64,000 nucleotides of DNA from contig NC_068983.1 in NCBI RefSeq assembly GCF_001194135.2, positions 109,163,781 through 109,227,780 of the forward strand, read 5' to 3'. Source of the DNA: Octopus bimaculoides (lineage: Eukaryota). The notes beneath the pieces were generated by a model. The model was not told where the DNA came from, did no database searches, and saw only the letters and a list, made by a program, of their open reading frames with translations. A program made the translations under genes and the position numbers. This document shows, piece by piece, positions 52,303-64,000 of the stretch; the first letter of the stretch is position 1; each line of letters opens with the position of its first letter.

Positions 52303-54030
52303 TTAATTACAACTTGCAAGGACTTTAATATTTTTAGTTAATTTTCTATATATCTAATGCATGATGACACATAGTGATTAACTATTTATATACAAAAAAT
52401 AATTATAACTGGGGTTTTGAACTAGTTTAAGGTTACATCTCCTAAGGAGAACATACAGATAAAGAGAAAATGAAATTATGTTCTATCGTTGGTTGTATAA
52501 TTTGCCTCATTCACTATAAACTAATGATCAAATATACACAATCAAGTTATTTAATTCTGGTGTTGACTTGGAAAAAATACTAGGCAAAAAAAAAAAATGT
52601 ACTCAGACTAAGAGAAATCTAGCTAGGTTGAACTTATGGTCCTTTATTGGTTATGTTCAATGTCTTCTGTGGAGGTTGAAATATTAAAACTTTTAAAGCA
52701 AAGCTAGAAATGCTTTTCGATATCCAATTATCTAATCTCACAAGGATTATTTTAAAAATTTCTAAATTTGATGTGATTTTGTTAAAAATATGAGGCAAAT
52801 AAAATGTTTCTTAAAATATTTCTTTTATATTTATTCCAAATTTGATGTTGCACGCATAAATCTAAAATGCTTAAATAAGTTCATGTTTGAACTTCTGCCA
52901 CTGAAATAGAATTCAATTGAAAAACATCCTTCATGCATATGATTCTGAGAAAAATTCCTTTTGAAAGTAAACTAAGAAGGAATGTTGTATTCTGTAGAGT
53001 AATGGGCATTCTGCATACAATAAAAGCTAAAACATCCATTCACTTCAACAGTCAGAACACAAAAATAATCACAACTTTCATGAACAGCTGTTTGCATTAT
53101 ATAAAATTATTTGTTTGAATTGTCATAAAGGGTTGTGTTTCTAAATTCAGCTGCATTCAAAACAATAGATTCAGTACTTCAATGACTTGAGTAATCTGTA
53201 GATATTTCTAGTGATTTAGTCTTGAGGAAGAGACTAAGCTCATGGTCTTTGTAGACTCTTATAGAAAAGTAAGAGTATGATTAATGCTCCAATTGAACAT
53301 TTGTTAGTTGATGGAAATGGAAAAGATGTATGTAGAGGTACGATGTGGGTAACGAGAAGTAAAGGGACATGTGAATTTGTAGTACCTGTGTGAAAATAAC
53401 ATGAAACCAGCTAGTTGCAATGGCTATTATAATTGCTGTATAAAATACATAGCAAGCTCCTAGGCTACAGTTGGATATGTTGGTGAATGACTTCATACAA
53501 AATGTATCAAAGATTATTTTGTTTTTGCATTTGTTTTGCAAAATTCTTTTTGTGAATGTGCTAAAATAGTTGTTGATTGTATCTTGAAAGATTCATTTTT
53601 TCAACAAGAAATACATACACGGGTTCTATTTCACTTCTTTTTATTACTATCAGTCAGCTAGTTAATCAATTAACTAATCGATTCTTTGATTAATAAACTG
53701 ATTTGCCAGAGTCCATTCATTATCATTTGTGATTATTTCACTGACGTGACTCATTACCCCATGTTAGTCTCTAACATTCTGCAACAATAGTTATATTTTT
53801 CAGGTAGTATGTGAGCGTGTGAGTATGTGTGTGCATGGTTGTGAGCAAGTAAGGAGTGCATGTATTTCCTTGGTGTGTAGTTATGCCTAATGTCTGGAAT
53901 AGCAGACTTTGCGATTGTGTGCATGTGTCCATGTTTGTGCAGTGATGGGTATAATCCATCTTATTGCTTGTTTCCTTCTCTTAACAGATTGTATTTCATT
54001 CTTATTTCTTTTATCAAAAGGGAATAAATA

Positions 54031-54038
54031 ATAATAAT

Positions 54039-54094
<56 letters not shown>

Positions 54095-54113
54095 TAATAA
54101 TAATAATAATAAT
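54031..54113. repeat. (AAT)n microsatellite
   Basis: Direct; explains the poly-Ile ORF 53961-54185. Confidence 0.97.
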
Positions 54114-56799
54114 AAGGAAAAAAGAAAGTGAAAAAGAACCAGTGAATGTTTTCCATATTGGCAAACCAGACCTCTCAATATACAACAGTCAAAAATATTT
54201 GCTTAGAATGCTTCAATTTTTATTTGAAAAGTGATAGTTGAGATCAAGACTCATATAGTAAAGTGAGATACAACCAAAGCCTGCAATTGACAGGTAATTA
54301 TCAATAACAGGTTCTGATTACACTACATCCTATCGTTAAATATTAGCCATTAACTATCCTACATTGATAAGGTTTTATTTAAGGTTATTTAAGGTTTGGC
54401 TTAAATAAGTGCACATGTTTGTGGTGAAGATTATTAAACTTTAATATATACTACATCTACCTTCAAGAAAAAAAAAAAACCATTGAAAGTTAGATTTCAT
54501 ATTGAGACCTTTGAAACAGAAACAACTACAAAGCAGTGAATATACAGGCTTAAATTGAAAACTACTTATGATGAGAATAAACAATATAAAAGAAAATTAA
54601 GCAGAGGCAGAGAAATGGATTCATGTAACATTTGAATTTCAATGCCGCATATATTAAAAATACATAGCTGATGCTATGTTGATTTTAACATCGATTTCTT
54701 ACATAGGCACAAGACCTCAAATTTGGCAGAGGTCAGTAGTCAATTATAAAAACCCCAGTACTTTATTGATACTTAATTTTATTGATTCCAGGGTGCTGAA
54801 AATTAAGTCAGAGGGATTAGAATTCAGAACACAAATAACCATAGGTAAACACCACAAGTCATTCTATCCTCCACTCTAACAATTTTTCCATTCTACCTTT
54901 CTTTATGTTGTTTTAATGTTAAGAATTGTACTGGTAATTTAATAATGATTAAAATGTTAATCATTTGAAGACATACCGATTAAAATAACAATCAATTTTC
55001 ACTACAAATATCCTATAATTTGGTATAGGGGGTCAGCAAAATACACCTTAGGGCTGAATCCAGTTTTGTATCATTCAGCCTGCCAGCTTTATTAAACATG
55101 TGTTTTCCTTATGTCTTTTGTAAGGAAACAATAACAGATTCAGTTATGAAAATAGAAAAAAAGTCTTATTTTGTTGTGACTCCAAGTGAATCAATATTTT
55201 ATATTAATATTAAAAAAAAGTGAGATTCCTTCATCTTGTAAAAAATGTAACTTTTCAAAGGTATGATATTTTAAACAATAATTGTTTTCACTTTTCTAAT
55301 TGAATGGAGCATCATAGTCTAACAATAGAGCTTGCATGAAAAATTGATTGTAAGAAAAATTGAAGAGACAAAAATTATTTACTGTCGTTGAGGAAAGTAA
55401 GTGACCTGGCTGGCCTCACATTTATCCTGAACCCATAATCATTCCCATTAACCTTAAATAAAGTCTTCACTTCATGTGATGTCATACATGACACATACTA
55501 AATTTTGCATAACTAACCTGTTTTTATAGCCTTAAATCATATGATCATGGCTATGTTTTCCTATCTACCTTAGCTTGTGAGATATGAAAACATTTCCAAT
55601 CCTACGAACCTAGAAAACATTCTCAATTCTACAGACACCCAAATCTAACAGATAAAATTAAATATAACATTCTTAATTCATTTGACTAATTATGAGAATA
55701 TGTGAAAACAGTATTCATTTTTCTTCTTCTGTTAAAAATATAGTCCTCTAATATCTTTTGGTTGAAGCATTATATGAAGCATATTAAATACAAAATGTAG
55801 ATAAACAATAGGATGAGCCTAAAAGGACATAACCTTTAAGATGAAAATTAATACTGACAAAATGTAAGAAGTAGGTCTTTCAAAACAGCTTGAATATTTT
55901 AATTCAAATATATTACTATATATTTGATATCAATATAAATATAATACATAAAAATGATTGGAATCTCATTTTCTTTCTGGTTGGATACAAGAATTTGATT
56001 AAAAAGAGATTACTTACAGAATAGCAAAAGCAAAAATTTATAACTTTACCTATATTTAGCAAAATTCATTCTTTCTTACCTGAAAGTAAAATTGAAATTA
56101 AGATTGTATTTAACATGAAAGAAAATAATGAAATATATCTCTAGAAAATGAAATATTTCATAACTAATATTAAATATTTAGAAATCTTAATATGTTTTTC
56201 ATAAAAAATCAAGGATATTGGGAATAAACAATTTCCAAAAGCTGTTTCTAGAATTCCAAGAAACTAAAACAATGGCTAATAACATTCATTAGTTCTTTGT
56301 AGAATATTAAATCAATATTAAATGTAATTAATATTTGCAAGCTACCAGTAGTTAAAGACGTACAAATCAATATGATCCAAAGATTATTTAGATTCCAGAG
56401 TCAAGTTATTTTTTGTGTGTGAATATTCCTGCTAAAATTTTATATTCTTATTAAGGAGGAAATTTACATATCTACATATTTTAGTGGCAAGTTCATTTTA
56501 AAATTTAACATAGATGTGATACTTAAAGACTCTTTAAACAAGACAAAATCTTTTTTGTCTATTTATAATATTTCTACAATTATTTTTGGAAATGTCATAA
56601 ATAGTTAACTTCAATTGCATAAATAACAAGTAAAAACCTGGTTCCAAATAGGCTTGACGTGATTTTTAGCAGACACAAACATATTTTATAAACTGTTCTG
56701 ATGACATCAGTGATCAGATATTTTAATGAAGAATTGGTTTTTGGAAATAGTCAAATACAAGTTTTAGTTCTTTTCTGCCCAGTATATAAAGACATGGAC

Positions 56800-58850
56800 A
56801 AATTATCTCGCAAGAGCATGCACAATCAGTATCATACCTATCAAAAGAGAAAATCAAACTTCATGCATCATGTTGTCAGTGATCTTAAAAAATTGCTAAA
56901 GACATCTTATTTTCAGTTTTTTTTTTATCATTATCATCAAATGTCTACTCAAATGATTTCTTACGTCTCAAAAATCAATGATTTATCAAAACAAAAACAC
57001 AGTAACCAGAAGCTAGCAAACACTACATAACTATAAGAAGAACAAAATAGAAACTGTCTGCCAACATAAAAGCAATGTTAAAATAATTTGAGGAAAATTA
57101 AAATGCTGTTTATGACAAAAGTATCATAATTTTTTTGTTACTATATCAGTAACAAACAAATTAATATTATGCAGGAAGACCAGGGCACTAGACTGAGAAT
57201 TATTTTGAAGATAATGCCATAGGTACTTCACAAAATTGATTCACATGACAGTTACTAACTTAAACAAAAAACAAAGTTACAGGAACTACAAAATTGTACA
57301 CAGGCTCAAAAAGAACTCCAGACTAACAAGAAAAATTTTCAAATTACTTTCACCAAGTCTACAAGAAAGTACCCAAATATATTTCTAGTTTTCATAAAAT
57401 CAATAGTGCACATAAGAAAGTGAATTCAAGGAATGGGTGATAAGTCTGCCATGTCTGTGGTTGATAATTTTTTAGGAGATGTAACAAATGGGAAATATTG
57501 TATAATTTAATGAAGAATTACCATGAAAAATTCCCCAGTTGTTCTCTATGTGTCAGTGAACATGAAATAAAAGAGAACTACAAAAAGTGTACAAGCTGAT
57601 CATGAGATAATCTACAAAATAATAATACGGCAACATCTTTTGAATGTCTAATATACAAAAATAAACAGCTAAAACAGCAACATTTGTCATGGATATTATA
57701 ACTTGTATACTACGGAATGGGCAGTCCATCCAAAACCAAAAGGCAATTTTTCGACAATACTGGAAAACAAATATGCTATTTTTATGTCAGAAACATGACT
57801 AACTTCAAACAATATAGTTTCCCATAACTCTCCATAACTGCTCATATTACATCCAAAATCTGATGTACATTAATCCCATCAACTTCAAAAACACTCACTC
57901 TTATGCAGCTGATATGACCTTTTATTTCTCTATAACCTTTCACACATAATTGTCATTGATTTGCAATGTAGACACCTTATGTCTAATCTACATTGTCTCC
58001 AGAAACAGGCTTCAAAAATATTCTGCGTATCCTGTATCCTTCAACACCACAAAGATACTATCAAAATGCATATTAAGAAAACAATACCAACCCTTCTTAC
58101 CTATCTCTAAATACGGTCACTACTAATGCTAGGCCTGACCTCACCAAGAAACTCACCTGTTGATCATACATATTCAACATATATATGATTACCATATTAT
58201 AAAGATTAGATTTCCTTTCCAACATCATAAAATGATTCAGCCCTCTGAGCTAATTATTCTTTACAAAGTCCAACTGAGACTAACAAAAGAGCACTGTTCC
58301 TAGAATTGAAATGGTAGAGATGCCATGCATACAGAAATCCTTCACTATATTAAAAGAAAAGCCACCTGACTGATTGTCATGAAGTTTCTTATCCTCATAC
58401 TCTTACTGCAGACCAATAAATATACTGTCTTTTGTCTTTGCTCTTTCTACCATTATGGAATGGTATTTGCTCCTCCACTGGCTGACTGGCTGGTCGAATG
58501 CCACCTTCACTTAAGCTCATTCAACTCACTCATCTCTTGTTCTCTTTTTATCATTATAGCATTCATTTCCTCAGACTCAATCTACCCACAACAATCAGTC
58601 ATTCATAGCTAGAAAGTAATCTCTCTGGTATTCTGTCTTTGCTCATGTTTTTTTTTCAACATGCAAACAGCAGTTTCTGCAACATCGTAAGAAAAACTTT
58701 AACAGTGTTGATCTCACCTGTCCCAGAGGGTTTCCAAAAGTGATGTACACAAACACCTTACTCTAGATCAAAACATTGCATTGACAAATTAAAAGCAGGC
58801 ACTCTAATTTCTATTCTACTAATCTCTTGCATGATGAAGTCATCAACTTT
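56800..58850 (+). mobile_element. Highly decayed CR1/L2/Jockey-group LINE
   Basis: NTHSYAADMTFYFS (YADD motif) at about 57890-57930; downstream SLFYHY.NGICS..LAD and LW.S..HVF resemble the C-terminus of this group. Confidence 0.6.
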
Positions 58851-59588
58851 GTTGGTGTGGTTCCTCTCTAAGCATTTTCATTTCAGCAATAAAATAGGGA
58901 ATATTTTCTTTATATCTAAGTTAATATATATATAATTGATAACTTTCCTCATAATCTTTTAGAAAATCTCTTGGATATACTGACTCCCTATGCAGGCATA
59001 TAGTTAAACATTGTATCAATAAAAACCACATCCAATTATCATTCCAAACATAAATGTAATCAATCATAGTAATAAAATTTTATTTATGTTGGAATCATAT
59101 GCTTTAGGCAACATCTCACTTGCTAGAAAGTTTATTCCTTAACATTTTTTTACAATTATTTTACATATAGTAGCTTGCAATTTCCAATGGGTGTATCATA
59201 CAAGATTGTGCACAACTATGAGACACTATTACTTGGACTGAGCAATTATATCCAAAGGAGTGTTACTGGCAGTTTTTCTTCTAATTTCTTACTGTTAGGT
59301 CTATCATTAACCTTTGATAGAGTTGGTTAAGATATTCATTTAGTGATTTATGTGTCTGGTTATTCCAGGCATCTGTATCCTGTGGTGTTTTGTTTTTAAT
59401 AAAAAAACAGTGAAACTGTAGTAACTAATCAAAGAACATGAGCTAATATCTGCATCAAGTGATATTACCCAGGATGTTGTCCTCTTACTTTCATTTGTAA
59501 TTTTACATCTTACTCTAAAAGCCTTTGCTTCAATGCTCATCTAATCACCAAACTTTTGAGTCATTTCATATCTCTCACCAACCAGCAT

Positions 59589-61480
59589 TATCATCATCAT
59601 CATCATCATTTAACGTCCATTGTTCATTCTGGCATGGGTCGGATGGTTTGACTAGGGCTGGCAACCTGGAAGGCAGCATCAGACTCCAGTCTAATTTGGC
59701 ATGGTTTCTATGGCTAGATGTCTTTCCTAACACCAATCACCCTGAGAGTGTAATGGGTACGTTTATGTGCCACCAGCACAGGTGCCATTTGCATAACACC
59801 AATATCTGTCATGAGTGTGATTTTACTTGGTCCAACAGATTTTTTCTGAAGCATGGTATAATGCCAAAAGTCTCGGTCATTTGTCATTGCCTCCATGAGA
59901 CCCTACACTCGTAAGGTGTTTTTCACGTGCCACCAACATTGGCCACCTTGCCTCCATGAAGCCCAATGCTCAAAAGGTGCTTTTTACATGCCACCGGCAT
60001 TGTGGCCCATTACGTGTCACAAGCATCAACCACAACTAAGATTTCACTTGGCTTGACAGGTCTTCTCAAGCACAGCATACCACCAAACATCTTGGTCACC
60101 AGTCATTGCCTCTGTGAGCCCAAAGTTCAAAGATCCTGCTTCAGCACCTTGTCCCATGTCTTCCTAGGTCTACCTCTACCACAGGTTCCCACCTCAATTA
60201 GAGATTGGCACTTCTTTACACATCTGATGCCTCTTATGCCTAACTTTTCTCTCAAGATGTTTACACTCTGTTGAACATGCATGCTGACATTGCACATCTA
60301 GCAAAACATACTTCATTTCTTTCAAGTCCATGCATATCCTCAGCTGTCACAGCCCATGTTTCACTACTGTGTAGCATGGCTGTTTGCTCACAGGCATCAT
60401 ACAGTCTGCCTTTCACTCTGTGGGAGAGGCCATTTGTTGAGAGCAGAGATAGGAGCTCTCTGAACTTTTCCCAACCTATTCTTATTCTCATAGCTATGTT
60501 CTTGGAGCATCCACCTCTGCTACTAATTTGGTCACCTAGATAATGGAAGCTATCTACTAACTCTAGCTTACCCCACTGGCAATTAATGGAGTCTATTTTC
60601 TGTACATTTTTGGTGATTATTGTACCTGTGCATCTTTCACATACGAAAGTTATTTTCCCTGTTAACTTTCCTCTGATATTGCTGCACCTCTTATGTACTG
60701 GGGTGGGGGGTACATTCTTCACCAGGGAGGGTCTTTATATTTAGAAGGAATCATGTATCCCACTGTCCGGTGAGAAGGTAATCGATCTGGCAAGCATAGT
60801 CACCTGGTTATTGGCTAGATGGCTGGCTTCCTGAAGTTGGTGTTGCAGATCTGTAGGTTTTTTGCATCACAGAACTCCAGTAGCTTTGTTCTCTCTTCAT
60901 TTCAGGAACAAATTCCATGGCCCCTATGTATACCATGGAAGATACCAGGCTGCTGCCCGACATCCCCAGCCACAAAGATGAGATCATTGTCACTTGTCTT
61001 TGTGGTAACCTGCTGAAGAATATCATAAAAGTGGTCCTTTTGTTCATTTCATAGGCCTGCTTGTGGGGGAATGTAGGCAGAAACTATACTTGCTGAACTA
61101 TTCTGCAAGATTAGTCTGCCCTTAATTACTCTATTACTCATTTTTACTACTTCTATGACCTTATCCACCAATTTCTCTGCAAGAAGTATGCCTACACCAC
61201 CTACCCCGTCGTTGTTACCTTTCCCATCGCTATTACCTATGTATCTTGCTTGTGAGGAACCTGGCTGAAGCTCCTCTCCACCTTACCTCTTGAATGCAAC
61301 ATACATACATCAACACGCATCTCAACAATTTTGCTAGACCTACCTTTCAATGAGCCTACATTAGCAGTGCCAGCCCTAAAAGCTGAGAAAGGGACGTAGA
61401 AGGGAATATTGGAAGGAGAGATGGTATTCAGCACCTGAAAAGAAGGTTTCAATGATCGTTGATAACAGACATGTCATAAC
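59589..61480 (-). mobile_element. RTE-clade LINE (same family as 7776-9230) with endonuclease and C-terminus but no RT core
   Basis: Endonuclease: FRAGTANVGSLKGRSSKIVEM..VDVC and VAGD..GIFHGIHRGHG..NEERTKLLEFCDAKNLQICNTNFRKP. This joins near 60720-60830 to HKRCSNIRGKL...SFHYLGDQ...MLHSSETWAVTAED. (GAT)n tail at 59589-59609. Confidence 0.9.
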
Positions 61481-63194
61481 AGCTGTTCTCACTTTAACCT
61501 GCCATCACCCAAACATGTTTAAATTCTTGCCTCTATTAGGGGTGAGTGTTAGCATTGTAAATATAAGCATTTTTGCTGCAAACATAAATAGGTTAATGTT
61601 TAAATTAAGTAAATGAGCTGCTATTGGTTAGTCCATTATATATAGAGAGAAAGGTGTAGGTGGTTTGTTAATTTACTAAGTAACACATCTCCTTTTGGTA
61701 CATGCAGTAGTGTGGATGATTGCTGCTGGACGTTATGGTGGGGATGAAGCTATGCAAGTCTTTTGGTACAGAAATGAATCAGAGCCCTGTAGTGGTTTCT
61801 ATGATGAATAATCAACACTTCAAACTAAATGACACAAAATCAGAAACCAGAGTTTTGTCTGTTTTTAATCTGTTTTATTGCTGTTAAATCAGTTTTGGAG
61901 GTACCACAGACAGAGTCATCTCTCAAGAAGAAAATGTATTGATATATTAAATAAAAGTACAGTTTTCAACAAACATATAAACCAACAGATCTGTAACTTT
62001 GCCTCGGTTTTATGCACTATAAAAATATGTGTATCTGAAAAATCCTATTTACTGACTGATTATCAATAACTGCATTGTAACTTAGAAACTTCAAAATTAT
62101 TGTGCCTCTATTATTATGAAAGTTCCCTCCAATAGAATCCATGCATGCTTTAAAATGATCAACTTACTTCCTTACCAATATATGAGAATATATTTAAATG
62201 AACATACTACTTCGCAAAAGTGTCAGCCTCCTCAATCATTCTTTCTTGAGTGATCTTTTCTAGTCAGATCAAGGAACTATTTCATGTTTTACTCAGAAAC
62301 AGTGAAAGGCATTAAAAATCTTATACAAAATTCTGTAGCATTAAAATGTGTAATGCACTATTATTAGCTACCAGAAAGTTCCAACTATTTTTAGCTTCTA
62401 AAGGAAGCTGAAGATTTTCCTTTTACTGAACTGTGATGATTATATCATAACTTACAACAATACAAGAGAGTATATTATAGAGTAAAATTCTAAATTCTGG
62501 TAAAGAACTTACAAATGTATTTGTTATTTCTTCTACAAAAGATGCTAATCATGAAGAAAATTCCTGAGTGAATCAGGCTGTAATAACACGTTTCACAAAG
62601 AAATAAGTTATGTGTATCTTTAAATCTTCCAGACCTTATGTAGAATGTCCTTGATTGCATTAACATCATGGAATATCTTGTCAGATAAAAACATCTTTTC
62701 AGATAAGAACACTTCAAAATATGTCTACAAAAGATCAATCACAAGATATTGAAATGTCTGAAACATATCCTAAACTGTGCTTAATGGCCATATAAACCAT
62801 GCCTGTGTTACTTTCATTGGTTGATTCCAATTTAGTGTTTCTATTCTGACATATCATCATGGTTTTCTTTTAGGATACTATATCCATTATTAATACTTTG
62901 TGTGGCTCATACTTTATAATGTACATTCTTAAATTCATTTAATAATATTTCAAACAACTTATACCATATATCTTTATACACCATATTTTTATGGACTCCT
63001 ACTAAGTTTGGGGAACATAATAGCCACTGCAGCACAAAATAAATCTTCCCACATCATTAAATTTGATGTGATAATATGTATAACTGGATAAGTATAAAGT
63101 ACCAATACGACTCCACAGTTCTGAAGTTGGGATTTGTAAAAACTATATAAAAATTTTACAATTAGGACTACTCCCAGTCACCAGTTACGTCAAA

Positions 63195-63845
63195 GGCAGC
63201 TATCCATCCACTTGTGTCAGTCTACAATGATAAGGGTAAGCCTATGCCCTCCAGTGTGAAAATACCAGCTGTTTTCAGGGCTTCTATTCAGCCTGATATA
63301 GTTGGCTTTGTGCATGACTAGATGATGGAAAACACTTGTCATCCCAATGCTGTCTCTTAATATGTGAGTTATCAAACCTCTGCTGAGTCTTGTAGTACCA
63401 GTCGTCTACAAAGATCAATCACACCTTGTACATGCATTCCTCATATACATGGTGGTACTCTCAGATCAGATCAGATCAGGGTGCATTCCGTAACATGTGT
63501 CATGGTGGTCGTATGTTCACTCCTACCAAAGTCTGGAGGTACTGGCATAGAAAGATAAACATCAATCAGAAAAGGTACACTATGCAATCTGCTGTGGCTG
63601 TTAGTGGTATCATTTCCTTGGTTCAATCAAAGGGTCATCAAATTCAAGAGGTTCCTGAGATTCCACAGGTAATCACTGATAAAGTGCTGGAGTACATAAA
63701 GACTAAGGATGTAATTTTGTTGAAGTATTTGAAGGCTTGGAGTGACATCTAAATGGTCTATAAATACAAGCGCTTCATAGTTGGCAAAGGTGAAATGAGA
63801 AATAATCACATGATTAGGCATAAAGGACATGCTCTTATCTGTATA
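63195..63845 (+). pseudogene. RPL4: Processed (intronless), 3'-truncated pseudogene of 60S ribosomal protein L4
   Basis: PLVSVYNDKGKPMPSSVKIPAVFRASIQPDIVGFVHD*...[12 protein letters not shown].../[107 protein letters not shown] is colinear with the uL4 N-terminal half. Start codon lost, in-frame stops, indels, no introns. Confidence 0.95.
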
Positions 63846-64000
63846 AAACTTGTATATCTTGAAATCTCTAACATCATAGCAGCAGAATTGCTATATAATT
63901 CATTCCAGTATTCAGTCAATATTATGTAACAAACAGCAGATTGTCAACAACAAATTTCTATGATAAAACAAATATTGTGCAGCAAGAAAATTGCTTTTCT

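Noticed and set aside
56701-57030. 109-aa plus ORF
   Set aside because: Overlaps the edge of the decayed LINE, has no domain motif and is A-rich; likely chance.
58265-58344. Attractive minus-strand exon (EGFLYAWHLYHFNSRNSALLLVSVGL) and neighbouring donors
   Set aside because: Lies antisense within the decayed CR1-like LINE; shows how easily false exons arise here.

Overview
AT-rich, microsatellite-rich eukaryotic DNA with several N-gaps. The SINE families and repeat style point to a coleoid cephalopod, probably Octopus (inference from recognised repeats, no search run). The window is mostly decayed transposons: tRNA-derived CORE-like and Nin/Deu-like SINEs, RTE, R4/Dong and CR1-like LINEs, Penelope-like elements (PLEs), a Gypsy 5' LTR+gag remnant, Tc1/mariner elements (DD34D, DD37D, DD41D-like), a Helitron with a Pif1 helicase fragment, a piggyBac-type MITE and a fold-back MITE. 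The only host-gene homology I can name with confidence is a processed pseudogene of ribosomal protein L4 (63.2-63.85 kb, +). Most six-frame ORFs are microsatellite or TE artefacts. Several phase-compatible small-exon candidates suggest one or more intron-rich host genes, but I cannot identify them and they are low confidence. The most notable structure is at 21.05-22.14 kb: a Penelope ORF N-terminus flanked by inverted terminal repeats, each carrying a tRNA-like Pol III head and a minimal hammerhead-ribozyme core. More decayed hammerhead-like cores occur at about 3.55, 10.0 and 45.8 kb. TE boundaries without TIR/TSD support are approximate.
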